A stretch of 64,000 bases of DNA, taken from positions 448,001 through 512,000 of the forward strand of contig OZ244034.1 in the NCBI GenBank assembly GCA_965215185.1, read 5' to 3'. Source of the DNA: Acidimicrobiia bacterium. Lineage in GTDB: Bacteria > Actinomycetota > Acidimicrobiia > Spongiisociales > ZC4RG35. Made by a program: the position numbers and the translations under genes. The first letter of the stretch is position 1; every line of letters begins with the position of its first letter. This document shows, one piece after another, positions 8,555 through 17,883 of the stretch. The notes under the pieces are model-generated. The model worked only from the letters and a program-made list of their open reading frames with translations. It made no database searches and was not told where the DNA came from.

Positions 8555-10723
8555 TTGGGCTCCACTCAGACGGATGTCTTTTCGGTCGGTGGGATGACTT
8601 GCGCTTCGTGTGCACAACGGGTGGAGAACGCTCTTTTGCAGAGGGAGGACGTGACGGAGGCTTCGGTCAACCTGATGGGTGCCAAGGTGCGGGTTACTCA
8701 CGATGCAGGCACAGATATCGCATTGCTTTTTGATGCCGTGAAAGCGATCGGATATCAGGCGGCGCCGCTGCCATCTGATCCGCTCGGTCCGGATATTGAG
8801 GAACCCTACTACGAGGAGGCCAAAAGACAGCGGCGGGTTTTTGCAGCATCGGCGCTGTTTGCAGTTCCGTTAATGGTCATCTCCATGCTGGGGCTCGACC
8901 AGCCGGTCTGGTTGGTGGTGCAAGGGGTGCTGGCCGCGGCAGTGGTGCTCTGGTGGGGGCGCCAATTCCATAGGATTGCCTGGCTGCGGGTGAAGTTGGG
9001 CCAAGCCAACATGGACACCCTGGTTTCGGTCGGATCTCTGACTGCCCTCGGATATTCGACCTGGGCAGCTTTCAGTGGCCAGGCGGTCTACTTCGAGACG
9101 GCGGGGATGATCGTCACCCTGATTCTTCTGGGCCGCTTTCTCGAGGCTCGCGCCAAGGGGCGGGCTTCGCAAGCGGTTGCAAAGCTGGTGGAACTTGGGT
9201 TTAGCGCCTCGGTGCGGGTGATGGGTGCGGACCGCGAATATGAAATCTCCCAGGACCAACTCCAAGTGGATGATCTGGTGGTGGTGCTGGCGGGGGAGAA
9301 GATACCGGCTGACGGGGTTGTAACCAGCGGGCACTCCGCAGTGGACGAGTCGATGCTCACCGGGGAGTCCCTGCCGGTGGAGAGATCCGTGGGCGACCCA
9401 GTGTTCTGTGGCACGATCAACCAGATGGGACGGTTGGTGTTCAGGGCGGAACGAGTGGGAGTTGACACGACGCTTTTCCAGATCGTGAAGATGGTGGAGG
9501 AGGTGCAATCGTCCAAGCCACCCATTCAAAGGCTGGCCGACCGGGTGTCTTCAGTTTTTGTGCCGGTGGTGATAGTGCTGGCCATTCTTACCTTCGCAGG
9601 GTGGCTGGTGGCCGGAGGTGACCTGTGGGAAGCCATCAGAAACGGGGTTGCGGTGCTGATCATTGCCTGCCCCTGCGCCTTGGGGCTGGCGACTCCCACC
9701 GCCATCATGGCAGGAAGCGGCCGAGGGGCCGAGCTGGGGGTGCTGTTCAAGAACGCCGAGGTTTTCGAGCGTACCCGGGAAGTTGACACGGTGGTGTTTG
9801 ACAAGACCGGCACTTTGACGGAAGGCAAGATGACCCTGACCGATGTCTCGGCCGATAATCCGGGCCGGTTCCTGCGGCTGGTGGGTTCGGTGGAGGGGGG
9901 TAGTTCCCATCCCATCGGTCAGGCGGTGGCGAAGGGCGCACAACAGCGTGGAGTGGAGATTGTCTCGCCCGACGAGGTGGAGACAATACCGGGCCGGGGG
10001 ATTGTAGGTGTGGTGGACGGCGTCCGGGTTTGGGTGGGTAAGCCGGACTTCCTGGCCGAGGCGGGACTAGAGACCAGCGCCGATCACTTGCAGACCATGC
10101 GGGCCCTGGAAGACGAGGCCAAGACCGCCTTCTTGGCGGGCTGGGAGGGCGATATCCGGGGTGTCCTGGCGGTGTCCGACACTCTTCGCCCGACGGCTGC
10201 CGAAGCCATTTCCCGACTGCGAGACATGGGTGTTACGTTGGCTCTGTTGACAGGAGACAACGCACGGTCCGCCTCGGTAATGGGCCAGCGCCTCGGGATC
10301 GACCAGGTCAAGGCCGATGTCCTGCCGGCCGACAAGGCTCGTGAGATAGAACGACTGAAGGAAGAGGGAATGGTGGTCGCCTTCGTGGGCGACGGGATCA
10401 ACGACGCGGTTGCGCTGGCGGCCGCGGATCTGGGGATAGCCATCGGGACCGGAACCGATGTGGCAGTGGAGGCGGGCGATATTGCTCTGATGAGCGGGGA
10501 CCCCTTGGGAGTGCCCACCTCCCTGGCGCTGGCACGAGCCACTTACCGGACAATCATTTCCAATTTGGTCTGGGCGTTCGGATATAACGTGGCTGCCATT
10601 CCCTTGGCGGCAGCCGGCGTGTTGAATCCAATGGTGGCTGCTGGGGCCATGGCCTTCTCAAGTGTGTCGGTGGTTACCAACTCATTACGTTTGCGCCGGT
10701 TCAAAGCGCCTACTGCACTCTGA
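8555..10723 (+). CDS. copA: Cu(I)-translocating P1B-1 ATPase
   Basis: N-terminal GMTCASC, TGES, CPC, DKTGT, HP, GDGIND, YN and MAFSS transmembrane metal motifs. Confidence 0.95.
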   Translation: MGSTQTDVFSVGGMTCASCAQRVENALLQREDVTEASVNLMGAKVRVTHDAGTDIALLFDAVKAIGYQAAPLPSDPLGPDIEEPYYEEAKRQRRVFAASALFAVPLMVISMLGLDQPVWLVVQGVLAAAVVLWWGRQFHRIAWLRVKLGQANMDTLVSVGSLTALGYSTWAAFSGQAVYFETAGMIVTLILLGRFLEARAKGRASQAVAKLVELGFSASVRVMGADREYEISQDQLQVDDLVVVLAGEKIPADGVVTSGHSAVDESMLTGESLPVERSVGDPVFCGTINQMGRLVFRAERVGVDTTLFQIVKMVEEVQSSKPPIQRLADRVSSVFVPVVIVLAILTFAGWLVAGGDLWEAIRNGVAVLIIACPCALGLATPTAIMAGSGRGAELGVLFKNAEVFERTREVDTVVFDKTGTLTEGKMTLTDVSADNPGRFLRLVGSVEGGSSHPIGQAVAKGAQQRGVEIVSPDEVETIPGRGIVGVVDGVRVWVGKPDFLAEAGLETSADHLQTMRALEDEAKTAFLAGWEGDIRGVLAVSDTLRPTAAEAISRLRDMGVTLALLTGDNARSASVMGQRLGIDQVKADVLPADKAREIERLKEEGMVVAFVGDGINDAVALAAADLGIAIGTGTDVAVEAGDIALMSGDPLGVPTSLALARATYRTIISNLVWAFGYNVAAIPLAAAGVLNPMVAAGAMAFSSVSVVTNSLRLRRFKAPTAL

Positions 10724-11114
10724 AAGTCCAGGTGAAATCCCCTACTTCGGGTAAACCGTAGGTCTTTTCCCACTCCACCCGGATGGTGTGCTCACCCACC
10801 TCCCAGCGACTCATGAGCAGACTCCGTTCGCCTGGTCTCCACCGGTAGATCCCCACGCCCTCGGTAAATGAAAGCTCGGATGAGGGTATCGGATACCCGT
10901 TGACGTAGATGCGTGCCTCATACCCCACCTCCAAGTCGACTTCCAGGCTGCTTTGCATCGGGACCGCGTCGTAGGGGCTGGGGGATACACCTTCCAAGGG
11001 AGGAGGCAGGGTCAAAGGGTCGCCGCCTCGTCCGAACACGTAGCAGAGCGACAGGGTGGCCACACTCAGAAGTCCCAAACCCACATATATCAACCGGTAA
11101 CGCACGCCGGGCAA
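10710..11114 (-). CDS. Hypothetical membrane-anchored protein with an Ig-like fold
   Basis: N-terminal TM helix; beta-rich domain ending FTWTFRVQ. Confidence 0.65.
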   Translation of the reverse strand: MPGVRYRLIYVGLGLLSVATLSLCYVFGRGGDPLTLPPPLEGVSPSPYDAVPMQSSLEVDLEVGYEARIYVNGYPIPSSELSFTEGVGIYRWRPGERSLLMSRWEVGEHTIRVEWEKTYGLPEVGDFTWTFRVQ

Positions 11115-11522
11115 TTGTACGCACTGCAGGAAGTCACTAAAAGAGGGGGTCTTGCCGTCCTGTCTTGTCGGTTCGTTGGATTGCCGGTTGGCATTGCGCT
11201 GATTTGGTGGGTGTGCGGGATGACTCCTGCCTAGCGGGGCGAGAGGGGCCCAACGTCTTTGTCTCTCTTTTTCTCGATAGGTAGTTCAGCCACCGGTAGG
11301 CGGTTTGAAGGGACACACCCTGCCCGTATGAGCGGGGACCCACCGTCCAATCCCTCCGGATTGGCCTCATCCCCAGCAACTTTCTCCCAAAACGGGGTCA
11401 ATCGTGCTTCGGACTATCCGCCAAGGGACTCCTCTGGATTGGCGGGTTTGGTTACCCACAAGTCAAACCGGGAGGCCCTTACTCATGCAGACATACCGTC
11501 AACAACGCCTCGGTGAATACAG

Positions 11523-14500
11523 CTAGTTGGCTTCCTCCTCGTCGAGGATATCGCAGTATTGGTCGGCTTCGCCTGTGCTGTGGGAGATCTCACGGGACCA
11601 TTCCCCGGGCCCGTTGGCATTGAACGCTCGAACCCGAATCCTGTAGGTGGTTCTTGTGTCGAGGCTGGTAATGGTGGTCGAGGTTGCGGCGCTGCCGTGT
11701 GGTTGGATCTGCCAGTCGCTGTAGGTCGGCCCGCCGTCGACGAGGTCTAGGCGTCGGTACTGAACTTCGTAATAGTCAATCGGTGCGCCGCCCTCGAACT
11801 CGGGCGCCTGCCATATCACCGTCATGCCTGTGTCGGCGGAGCCGTGGCCATCGGCAGGGCACACTGCCCGCGTCCGTTCCGGTTGCCCGGGGGGCGCCGC
11901 CGCCGGCCCGCCGTCGTCATCGGCGATTGTCAGGGTGATCTGAGAGGGTGTACCGATCACACACCCGTTGCGCTCGCATCCGGTGATGGTCACTGTGAGC
12001 GTGCTGTCGGGATTGCCCACCGTGTTCTCGGAGATCTGCACGACAGTGTCCCAGACATCAAACCTGGGCAGGCTAAACACGACTCTCGAGATCTGCCCCG
12101 AGGTCGGCACCAGAGGCGAGTAGTGGCGCCACTGGAAGGACAACTCCACATCGGCCCCGCCCGGTGCGGGCCCGCCGTCTTCAGCCGACGCCAAGATCCT
12201 GAACCATGCCCGCTCGCCCTCCTCGAAGGTAGAGCCGTCAAGCACCGTTCCGCCTATGCTGGCCGTCGAGTTGTCGGGAATCACCGTCCCATCCGGCACG
12301 CGTACCAGGGTCACAACCACCCGTTCCATCTCCTTCTCAGCGATCGGGACCGGAACTGCGCTGACGCCGTTGGCACCGTAGTCACCCCCGGCGACGGTGT
12401 GGGTGATGGTGGCAGAGCCATTCACATTATTGTTATCGTTCCCAGCTGTCACGGTCACCGTCTGTGGGATGTCCCAGTTTTCCGGCTGGAAGGTCAGGGC
12501 TTCCGACACTGAGATGTCAGCGTTGGTGGCTTCCTGCACCCGGGGGGTCACGGTGACGTCATCGGTCGGTTCGCTGTTCAGCACCGCGGTGTAGGCTGCG
12601 GAACCGCCTTCGTCGATCTGCAACGTCCCGGTCGGTTTGACGGTGACCCCCCTGGTGTCGTCATCCACGATTACCACGGTCGACCTGCATTCGGATCGAA
12701 TGCAAGGGTCTGCTGAGGAGTCGGCGGGGATCAAGCTGACTGCGCTCGGTATGCCAGGAGACTGTTGCAACCGTACCTCGAACTTCTCATCCTCTTCATC
12801 CAGGTCGTCTCCGACAATCTGGAGGGGCACTTGAACAGACCACACATATGAGTCTCCGTCGGCGATCCAGGCTCCCGTTGAACCTCCCTCAATCTCGACT
12901 ATGCGGGACAGGGTCTCATAGTCGTCAGGCGAGATGGCAGTGCCCTTGGCCGTCACTACCGAGACGTAAAAGCCGGAGAATGGCGGGGAAACGTCAGCCT
13001 TAGTCTCTGCGATCAGGCTGACTCCGTCCAACTGGCCGGTGCTCTCGCTGACGGTGTAGGAAGAGGAGTTGAACCGCACGGTTACGAGACTGTTGCCAAC
13101 ATACACCTGCACCGAAGCAGATGACGGATCGCCGATGTCGTGGAATTCGCCGTCGCCTACGGTGGCCGTCACCTGGCCGGTCGCCGCGTCCGGATCCCGG
13201 GTGGAGGTGCTGACCGTCAGCGTGGCCGAAGTCTGGTTGGCCGCAATGGTGACAGTGTGGCTCAGACTGGTGGGATCCAGGATTCCCAGTGATATCTCCA
13301 CCGGAACCTCCAGGTCGTCGATGGTGGCGATTTCCCGGGTGACGGTGAACGCTAGGTTGTCGATTCCCTGGAGGGCAGTCGGGCGATCCGCCGTGATCGT
13401 AACCACGCCGGAATGCAGGGTGTCGCCGTCCTCCGCGTCCTTCTCAGCCACCAGGACCGAATAAGCGGTGACGCCGCCCGACCCGTAGTCACCCCCGTCC
13501 ACGGTGTGGGTGACGGTGGCAGAGCCATTCACATCATTGTCGTCGGCCCCGGCCGTCACGGTCACACTCTGCGGCGTGTTCCAGTTCCGGGGAGTAAAAG
13601 TCAAAGTCTCCGACACCGAGATGTCAGCGTTGGCGGCCTCCTGCACCTGGGGCGTCACGGAGACATCCCCAGTCGGCTCGCTGTCCAGGACCACTCTGTA
13701 GGCCGCAGTGCCGCCCTCGTCGATCTGTAGGGTGCCGGTCGCTTTGACGGTGACCCCCCTGGTGTCGTCGTCCACGATTACCACGGTTGACCTGCAATTG
13801 GATCGACTGCAAGGGTTTGCTGAGGAGTCAGCCGGGACCAACTTGACCGTCCAAGGCAGCTGGGGGATACGCTGCAAAACGAGACGGAACGTCTCGTCCT
13901 CTTCATCCAGTTCGTCCCTGATGGGCCAAACAGGCACTTGGACCGACGACACGTAGGAGTCTCCGTCAGCCCTCCATCGACCCCTGGACTCTCCCTGAAC
14001 CAAAATTGTCCGAGAGAAGCCCCGGTAGTCAACATCCCCCCTGGCGGTGCCCTGCTCTGTGATCACCGCCACGCTGAGACTCTTATATGGCGCGGGAACG
14101 CCAGGGCTGGTACGGGCGACCACTTGCACCTCGTCTGTCGACCAACCGACGCTCTCGCTAACAGGAAGTGACGACGCTTTGAAACGCAGTGTGACGAGCC
14201 CACTGCCGATGTAGACCTGCACAGAGGCGGATGACGGATCACCGATGTCATGGAATTCCCCGTCACCTACGGTGGCAGTCGCTTCCCCCGTCTTCGCCCC
14301 AAGGGCGCGAGTGGCGGTGCTGATGGTCAGCTTGGCCGAGGTCTGATTGGCCGCAATGGTGACAGTGTGGCTAAGAAGGTCGGGCGCCACGATTCCCGGT
14401 GACACCTCCACGGGCACCCGCAGTTGGTTGGTCGTGGCGACTTCCCGGGTGACGGTGAATACCAGATCGTCGATTGCCAGGAGGGCCGTGGAACGATCGG

Positions 14501-14717
14501 CGGTGATGGTCACTGCACCGGAGTGCCGGGCGTCGCCATCCTGCGCCCGAGCACTAGTCGGGACTCCAACAATGGCCACCGCGATGGCGATGATCGCCAT
14601 CTTGCGGGCGAGGGTGGCAGGACCTCGGGCCGACACTCCAGCCGCTGTCGCCTGGCGGCGGGTCCAACGCATACGTCCTATCCGACTTGATCGAAGGAAC
14701 AGTTTTGAAATGATCAT
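11523..14717 (-). CDS. Large secreted Calx-beta repeat / fibronectin type III protein (putative adhesin)
   Basis: Signal peptide (ARA-Q); two ~369-aa modules with DELDEEDETFRLVL and DDLDEEDEKFEVRL Calx-beta motifs; C-terminal FN3 (W.AP...GG.PIDYYEVQYR...Y.IRVRAFNANGPGEWS). Confidence 0.85.
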   Translation of the reverse strand: MIISKLFLRSSRIGRMRWTRRQATAAGVSARGPATLARKMAIIAIAVAIVGVPTSARAQDGDARHSGAVTITADRSTALLAIDDLVFTVTREVATTNQLRVPVEVSPGIVAPDLLSHTVTIAANQTSAKLTISTATRALGAKTGEATATVGDGEFHDIGDPSSASVQVYIGSGLVTLRFKASSLPVSESVGWSTDEVQVVARTSPGVPAPYKSLSVAVITEQGTARGDVDYRGFSRTILVQGESRGRWRADGDSYVSSVQVPVWPIRDELDEEDETFRLVLQRIPQLPWTVKLVPADSSANPCSRSNCRSTVVIVDDDTRGVTVKATGTLQIDEGGTAAYRVVLDSEPTGDVSVTPQVQEAANADISVSETLTFTPRNWNTPQSVTVTAGADDNDVNGSATVTHTVDGGDYGSGGVTAYSVLVAEKDAEDGDTLHSGVVTITADRPTALQGIDNLAFTVTREIATIDDLEVPVEISLGILDPTSLSHTVTIAANQTSATLTVSTSTRDPDAATGQVTATVGDGEFHDIGDPSSASVQVYVGNSLVTVRFNSSSYTVSESTGQLDGVSLIAETKADVSPPFSGFYVSVVTAKGTAISPDDYETLSRIVEIEGGSTGAWIADGDSYVWSVQVPLQIVGDDLDEEDEKFEVRLQQSPGIPSAVSLIPADSSADPCIRSECRSTVVIVDDDTRGVTVKPTGTLQIDEGGSAAYTAVLNSEPTDDVTVTPRVQEATNADISVSEALTFQPENWDIPQTVTVTAGNDNNNVNGSATITHTVAGGDYGANGVSAVPVPIAEKEMERVVVTLVRVPDGTVIPDNSTASIGGTVLDGSTFEEGERAWFRILASAEDGGPAPGGADVELSFQWRHYSPLVPTSGQISRVVFSLPRFDVWDTVVQISENTVGNPDSTLTVTITGCERNGCVIGTPSQITLTIADDDGGPAAAPPGQPERTRAVCPADGHGSADTGMTVIWQAPEFEGGAPIDYYEVQYRRLDLVDGGPTYSDWQIQPHGSAATSTTITSLDTRTTYRIRVRAFNANGPGEWSREISHSTGEADQYCDILDEEEAN
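12320..14525 (-). repeat. Intragenic tandem duplication, period 1107 bp
   Basis: cggtgacccccctggtgtcgtc begins at both 12641 and 13748; the protein modules HSG.VTITADR... to ...AEK are repeated. Boundaries are approximate. Confidence 0.85.
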
Positions 14718-14947
14718 TTCCGATGGTGCCTTTCCTCATCCAGATCGCGAACGACGATCTTGGGGTGAACCTGTTCGAGGCTGCGTGGCGGTCTTCGCCT
14801 CAATGCCTCTGTCATGGTGGATCTGTCGGCCAAGGCGGTCAGCTCTTGCAGCGGGCATGGCTGGAGGGGCTGTCTCTCGCTCTTGGCGCAGTGGCTGGAT
14901 CGCACGTGGAGTTCGCTATGAACTTTCCTCTTGTACGTGGACCTCAC
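14714..14947 (-). CDS. Diverged homolog of the RHH antitoxin (77 codons), coupled to the adhesin start
   Basis: Gap-free alignment to 5865..6098 (ELTALA...TM.E.L.R...RSL..V...IVVRDL); same length; same GATAAT-N8-start promoter layout; stop overlaps the adhesin ATG (ATGA). It may be a decayed gene. Confidence 0.65.
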   Translation of the reverse strand: MRSTYKRKVHSELHVRSSHCAKSERQPLQPCPLQELTALADRSTMTEALRRRPPRSLEQVHPKIVVRDLDEERHHRK

Positions 14948-15126
14948 TGCTATCAATTATCAGAACGCTTAAAACTTATGTAGGGGTAGTTTTCCCGGGT
15001 GATTCGATCACTGCGATGGTGGGTGAGTTCAGATCTGCAGGGCGATCCTGGCTGCTGTGCGGCGGGTGCTTTTGGCTGGCTCAGAACTTGCGCTTCAAGG
15101 TCTGCTTGCTGAGGGTGTTCTTTCGG

Positions 15127-15565
15127 TCAGGTCTCACTTCTGGTTGGTTCCCATGGATTCAGGATGTCAAGTTGGGGGAACCGCTGGAAGTATTGGGTGT
15201 TACGAGTCACCATCACCATGTTGTGGGCTATGGCGGTGGCGGCGATGAGGGCATCGGTGGTGGGGGCGGGATCAGGTATGTGCAAGGCTGCAGCAATGCG
15301 AGCAACCCGGGCATCGACCGAGAGGGTTCTTTGGGCGAAAATGTCGCACACGTCGTTGTCGAGCCCACTTCGGAGGGTGGCGCCTGCCACCGGGTCTCGG
15401 CGCTCGGCAAGCAGTACTCCCATTTCGAGTTCCTGGAGGGTCATAACCGAGATATAGGTGAGATCGGTTTCCACTCCGCTCACCCAAGCCATGACTTGCG
15501 GGTTAGCCTTTTCGACTCTTATCTTTGTTGATTTCGGATACGACATTTGTGTCTAGAAGAAACAT
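15127..15565 (-). pseudogene. PIN/VapC (FitB-like) toxin with a frameshift near codon 13
   Basis: ATG 15565 gives MFLLDTNVVSEI, then an early stop. The remainder (KIRVEKANPQVMAW...DALIAATAIAHNMVMVTRN..F) lies in another frame, with one extra base near 15530. Confidence 0.8.
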
Positions 15566-15828
15566 CAGTCGAAGGACGCTGGGTGAGCTACATCTCTCAA
15601 TCTGGGAATCTCTAGTTCAATGTCCCCTATCCCTGGTGTTCTGCACAGTGTGTCTATGAGGGTCGGTTTGTCTTGCACGATTTCCATGTACTGGTCGTAA
15701 CTCAACAGGACATGCGATGGCCGGTTGCGGTCCGTGATATAGACCGGCCCCTTTTGTGCGGCTCTCTTGGCTGCGCCGGTCCCTTGGTTGAATTCCCGGC
15801 TACTCATGATTTGTGCCGGATTCCGCAT
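15565..15828 (-). CDS. Phd/YefM family antitoxin
   Basis: MSSREFNQGTGAAKRAAQKGPVYITDRNRPSHVLLSY; TGATG overlap with the PIN gene. Confidence 0.9.
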   Translation of the reverse strand: MRNPAQIMSSREFNQGTGAAKRAAQKGPVYITDRNRPSHVLLSYDQYMEIVQDKPTLIDTLCRTPGIGDIELEIPRLRDVAHPASFD

Positions 15829-15940
15829 CGGGTTTGCACTCCTATACCCCGCTTGTATGTATGTTGCTACATTGCACCCCCCTCTCCTGGGCGTGCAGAG
15901 TCAAATTAAGGACAATTTGTAGGCTGGATAAGCGGCTAGC

Positions 15941-17095
15941 GTGGTGGTGATGCGGATCAATCCGGTGCTGAGGAAGATGGGAGCCTATCCGATCGCGGCT
16001 ATCCAGGATCGGGCCCGGGACATGAGAGATGCTGGGGAACGGCTCATCGACTTCTCTATCGGTGATCCCCGAGAGCCCACACCTGCGTTCATACCGGAGG
16101 CTTTGCGTGACGCTGTTCCCGAGATATCTCAGTACCCGACCACCCGCGGCCTGCGGGTTCTTCGAGAGGCGATTGCAAGATACGTGCTCCGTCGGTTCGG
16201 AAGGCAGGTGGACCCAGATACCCAGGTGCTGCCCACCACCGGTTCCAAAGAGGCGATCTTCTCCACTCCCTTCGCATTTGTGGATTCCCGTCGAGAAGAG
16301 GTGGTGATATGGCCCACGCCCGGGTATCCCATCTACGGTCGGGGCGCCCTGCTGGCGGGAGCGGTCGGGTATCCAGTTCGCTTGGAGGGTGATTTCCTGT
16401 TCCGGGCCTCTGATGTGCCTGATCAGGTTTGGGCCCGCGCTGCCTTGGTGTGGACCAACTCGCCGCACAATCCGGCCGGGTCGGTTACGAGTCGTTCGGA
16501 CATCGAAGCCTTCCACCGCAAATGCAGGGAATTCGATGTTCTGTTGTGTGCCGACGAGTGCTACGTGGATCTCTACGAAGGTGATCCGCCCTCCTCGGTG
16601 TTGGAGGTGGCTGATTCCAACTTGTCGGGGGTGGTCAGCTATCTGAGCCTTTCCAAGCGCTCGGGTATGACCGGCTATCGCTCGGCGGCCATGGTTGGAG
16701 ACGCTCAGGCGATCAAGGCGCTGGCTTCCCTGCGCACCTCCACCGGGACCGCACCCCCCGAGTTCACGCAGATGGCAGCGGTGGCCGCCTGGTCGGACGA
16801 CGCCCATGTGGTGGAGCGGCGGCGGATATTTGCAGAGAAGCGGGCAATCCTGCGGGAGGTCTTCGGTGGGATGGGATATCGGACGGTGGAGTCAACGGCC
16901 GGTTTGTACCTATGGGTGGAGGTGAGGGATGACATGGAGGCGACCACCCGCCTTTTGGAGGCAGGGGTGGTGGTCTCTCCGGGTAGGGCGTTCGGTGCTG
17001 GGGGAGAAGGTTATATAAGGTTGGCGCTGGTTCCCAGCCCCGAGGAATGTAAGCAAGCCGTGGAGGTGTTGGAAAAATGTCTGACCAAGATGTGA
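15941..17095 (+). CDS. dapC: Succinyldiaminopimelate aminotransferase (class I/II PLP)
   Basis: Motifs NSPHNPAG, DECY and SLSKRSGMTGYR; first gene of the dapD-dapE operon. The start may be ATG 15950. Confidence 0.85.
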   Translation: MVVMRINPVLRKMGAYPIAAIQDRARDMRDAGERLIDFSIGDPREPTPAFIPEALRDAVPEISQYPTTRGLRVLREAIARYVLRRFGRQVDPDTQVLPTTGSKEAIFSTPFAFVDSRREEVVIWPTPGYPIYGRGALLAGAVGYPVRLEGDFLFRASDVPDQVWARAALVWTNSPHNPAGSVTSRSDIEAFHRKCREFDVLLCADECYVDLYEGDPPSSVLEVADSNLSGVVSYLSLSKRSGMTGYRSAAMVGDAQAIKALASLRTSTGTAPPEFTQMAAVAAWSDDAHVVERRRIFAEKRAILREVFGGMGYRTVESTAGLYLWVEVRDDMEATTRLLEAGVVVSPGRAFGAGGEGYIRLALVPSPEECKQAVEVLEKCLTKM

Positions 17096-17883
17096 TAAGA
17101 GCGGCGTTTGCTGGTGAGACGGAGTTGGCCGAGGCCCGGGATTCGGTGATAGCCACCATCGACCTTCTGGACCGGGGAGAGATCCGGGTGGCGGAGAAGA
17201 TCGCCGGTGAATGGGTGGTGAACGACTGGGTGAAAGAAGCCATCCTGCTCTACTTCCAGGTCACCGGAATGGAAGAGATGGACGGGGGAGCCCTGATGTG
17301 GCACGACAAGATCCCCACCAAGCGGAATCTGGTGGAGGCGCAGGTGAGAGTGGTGCCTCCCGGAGTGGTGCGGTACGGCGCATATTGCGAGCCGGGGGTG
17401 ATCGTGATGCCCGGTTACGTCAACATCGGCGCCTATGTCGGGGGTGGGAGCATGGTTGACACCTGGGCGACAGTGGGATCATGTGCACAGGTGGGCAGAG
17501 GCGTCCACCTCTCGGGTGGGGTTGGAATCGGAGGGGTCTTGGAGCCGCCCGGCGCCCGCCCGGTGATCATTGAGGATGGGGCGTTCATCGGTAGCCGGTG
17601 CATTGTGGTGGAGGGCGTGGTGGTCCAGGAAGGTGCGGTCCTGGGCGCCAACACCACCATCACCGCTTCCACCCGGATCATCGATGTGCGAGGGGCCGAA
17701 CCCGTCGAATACCGGGGAGTGGTGCCGGCCAACTCGGTGGTGATCCCCGGCGTGCGTACCCGGTCCTTTCCGGCGGGGGAATATGCGGTGCCCTGCGCCC
17801 TGATCATCGGGGAACGGACCGCCTCTACCAATCGGAAGACGTCGCTTAACGAAGCGATACGGATATTTGGGGTGCAGGTTTGA
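17077..17883 (+). CDS. dapD: Tetrahydrodipicolinate N-succinyltransferase
   Basis: W.VNDWVKEAILLYF, DKIP, VNIGAYV, MVDTWATVGSCAQVG, HLSGGVGIGGVLEP. Confidence 0.96.
   Translation: MSDQDVIRAAFAGETELAEARDSVIATIDLLDRGEIRVAEKIAGEWVVNDWVKEAILLYFQVTGMEEMDGGALMWHDKIPTKRNLVEAQVRVVPPGVVRYGAYCEPGVIVMPGYVNIGAYVGGGSMVDTWATVGSCAQVGRGVHLSGGVGIGGVLEPPGARPVIIEDGAFIGSRCIVVEGVVVQEGAVLGANTTITASTRIIDVRGAEPVEYRGVVPANSVVIPGVRTRSFPAGEYAVPCALIIGERTASTNRKTSLNEAIRIFGVQV

Larger units (their letters stand above)
8057..8760 (+). repeat. Tandem 249-bp HMA repeat, about three units; the third forms the copA N-terminus
   Basis: Starts at 8057, 8306 and 8555 are 249 bp apart; long identical runs such as gcacaacgggtggagaacgctcttttgcagagggaggacgtgacggaggcttcggtc. 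Confidence 0.95.

Noticed and set aside
14347-15531. 394-aa plus-strand ORF
   Set aside because: Antisense to the adhesin, the RHH relic and the PIN gene; no recognisable motif.
15843-15858. CsoR-like operator ATACCCCGCTTGTAT
   Set aside because: A weak match, located at the Phd antitoxin promoter and 7 kb from the copper genes.
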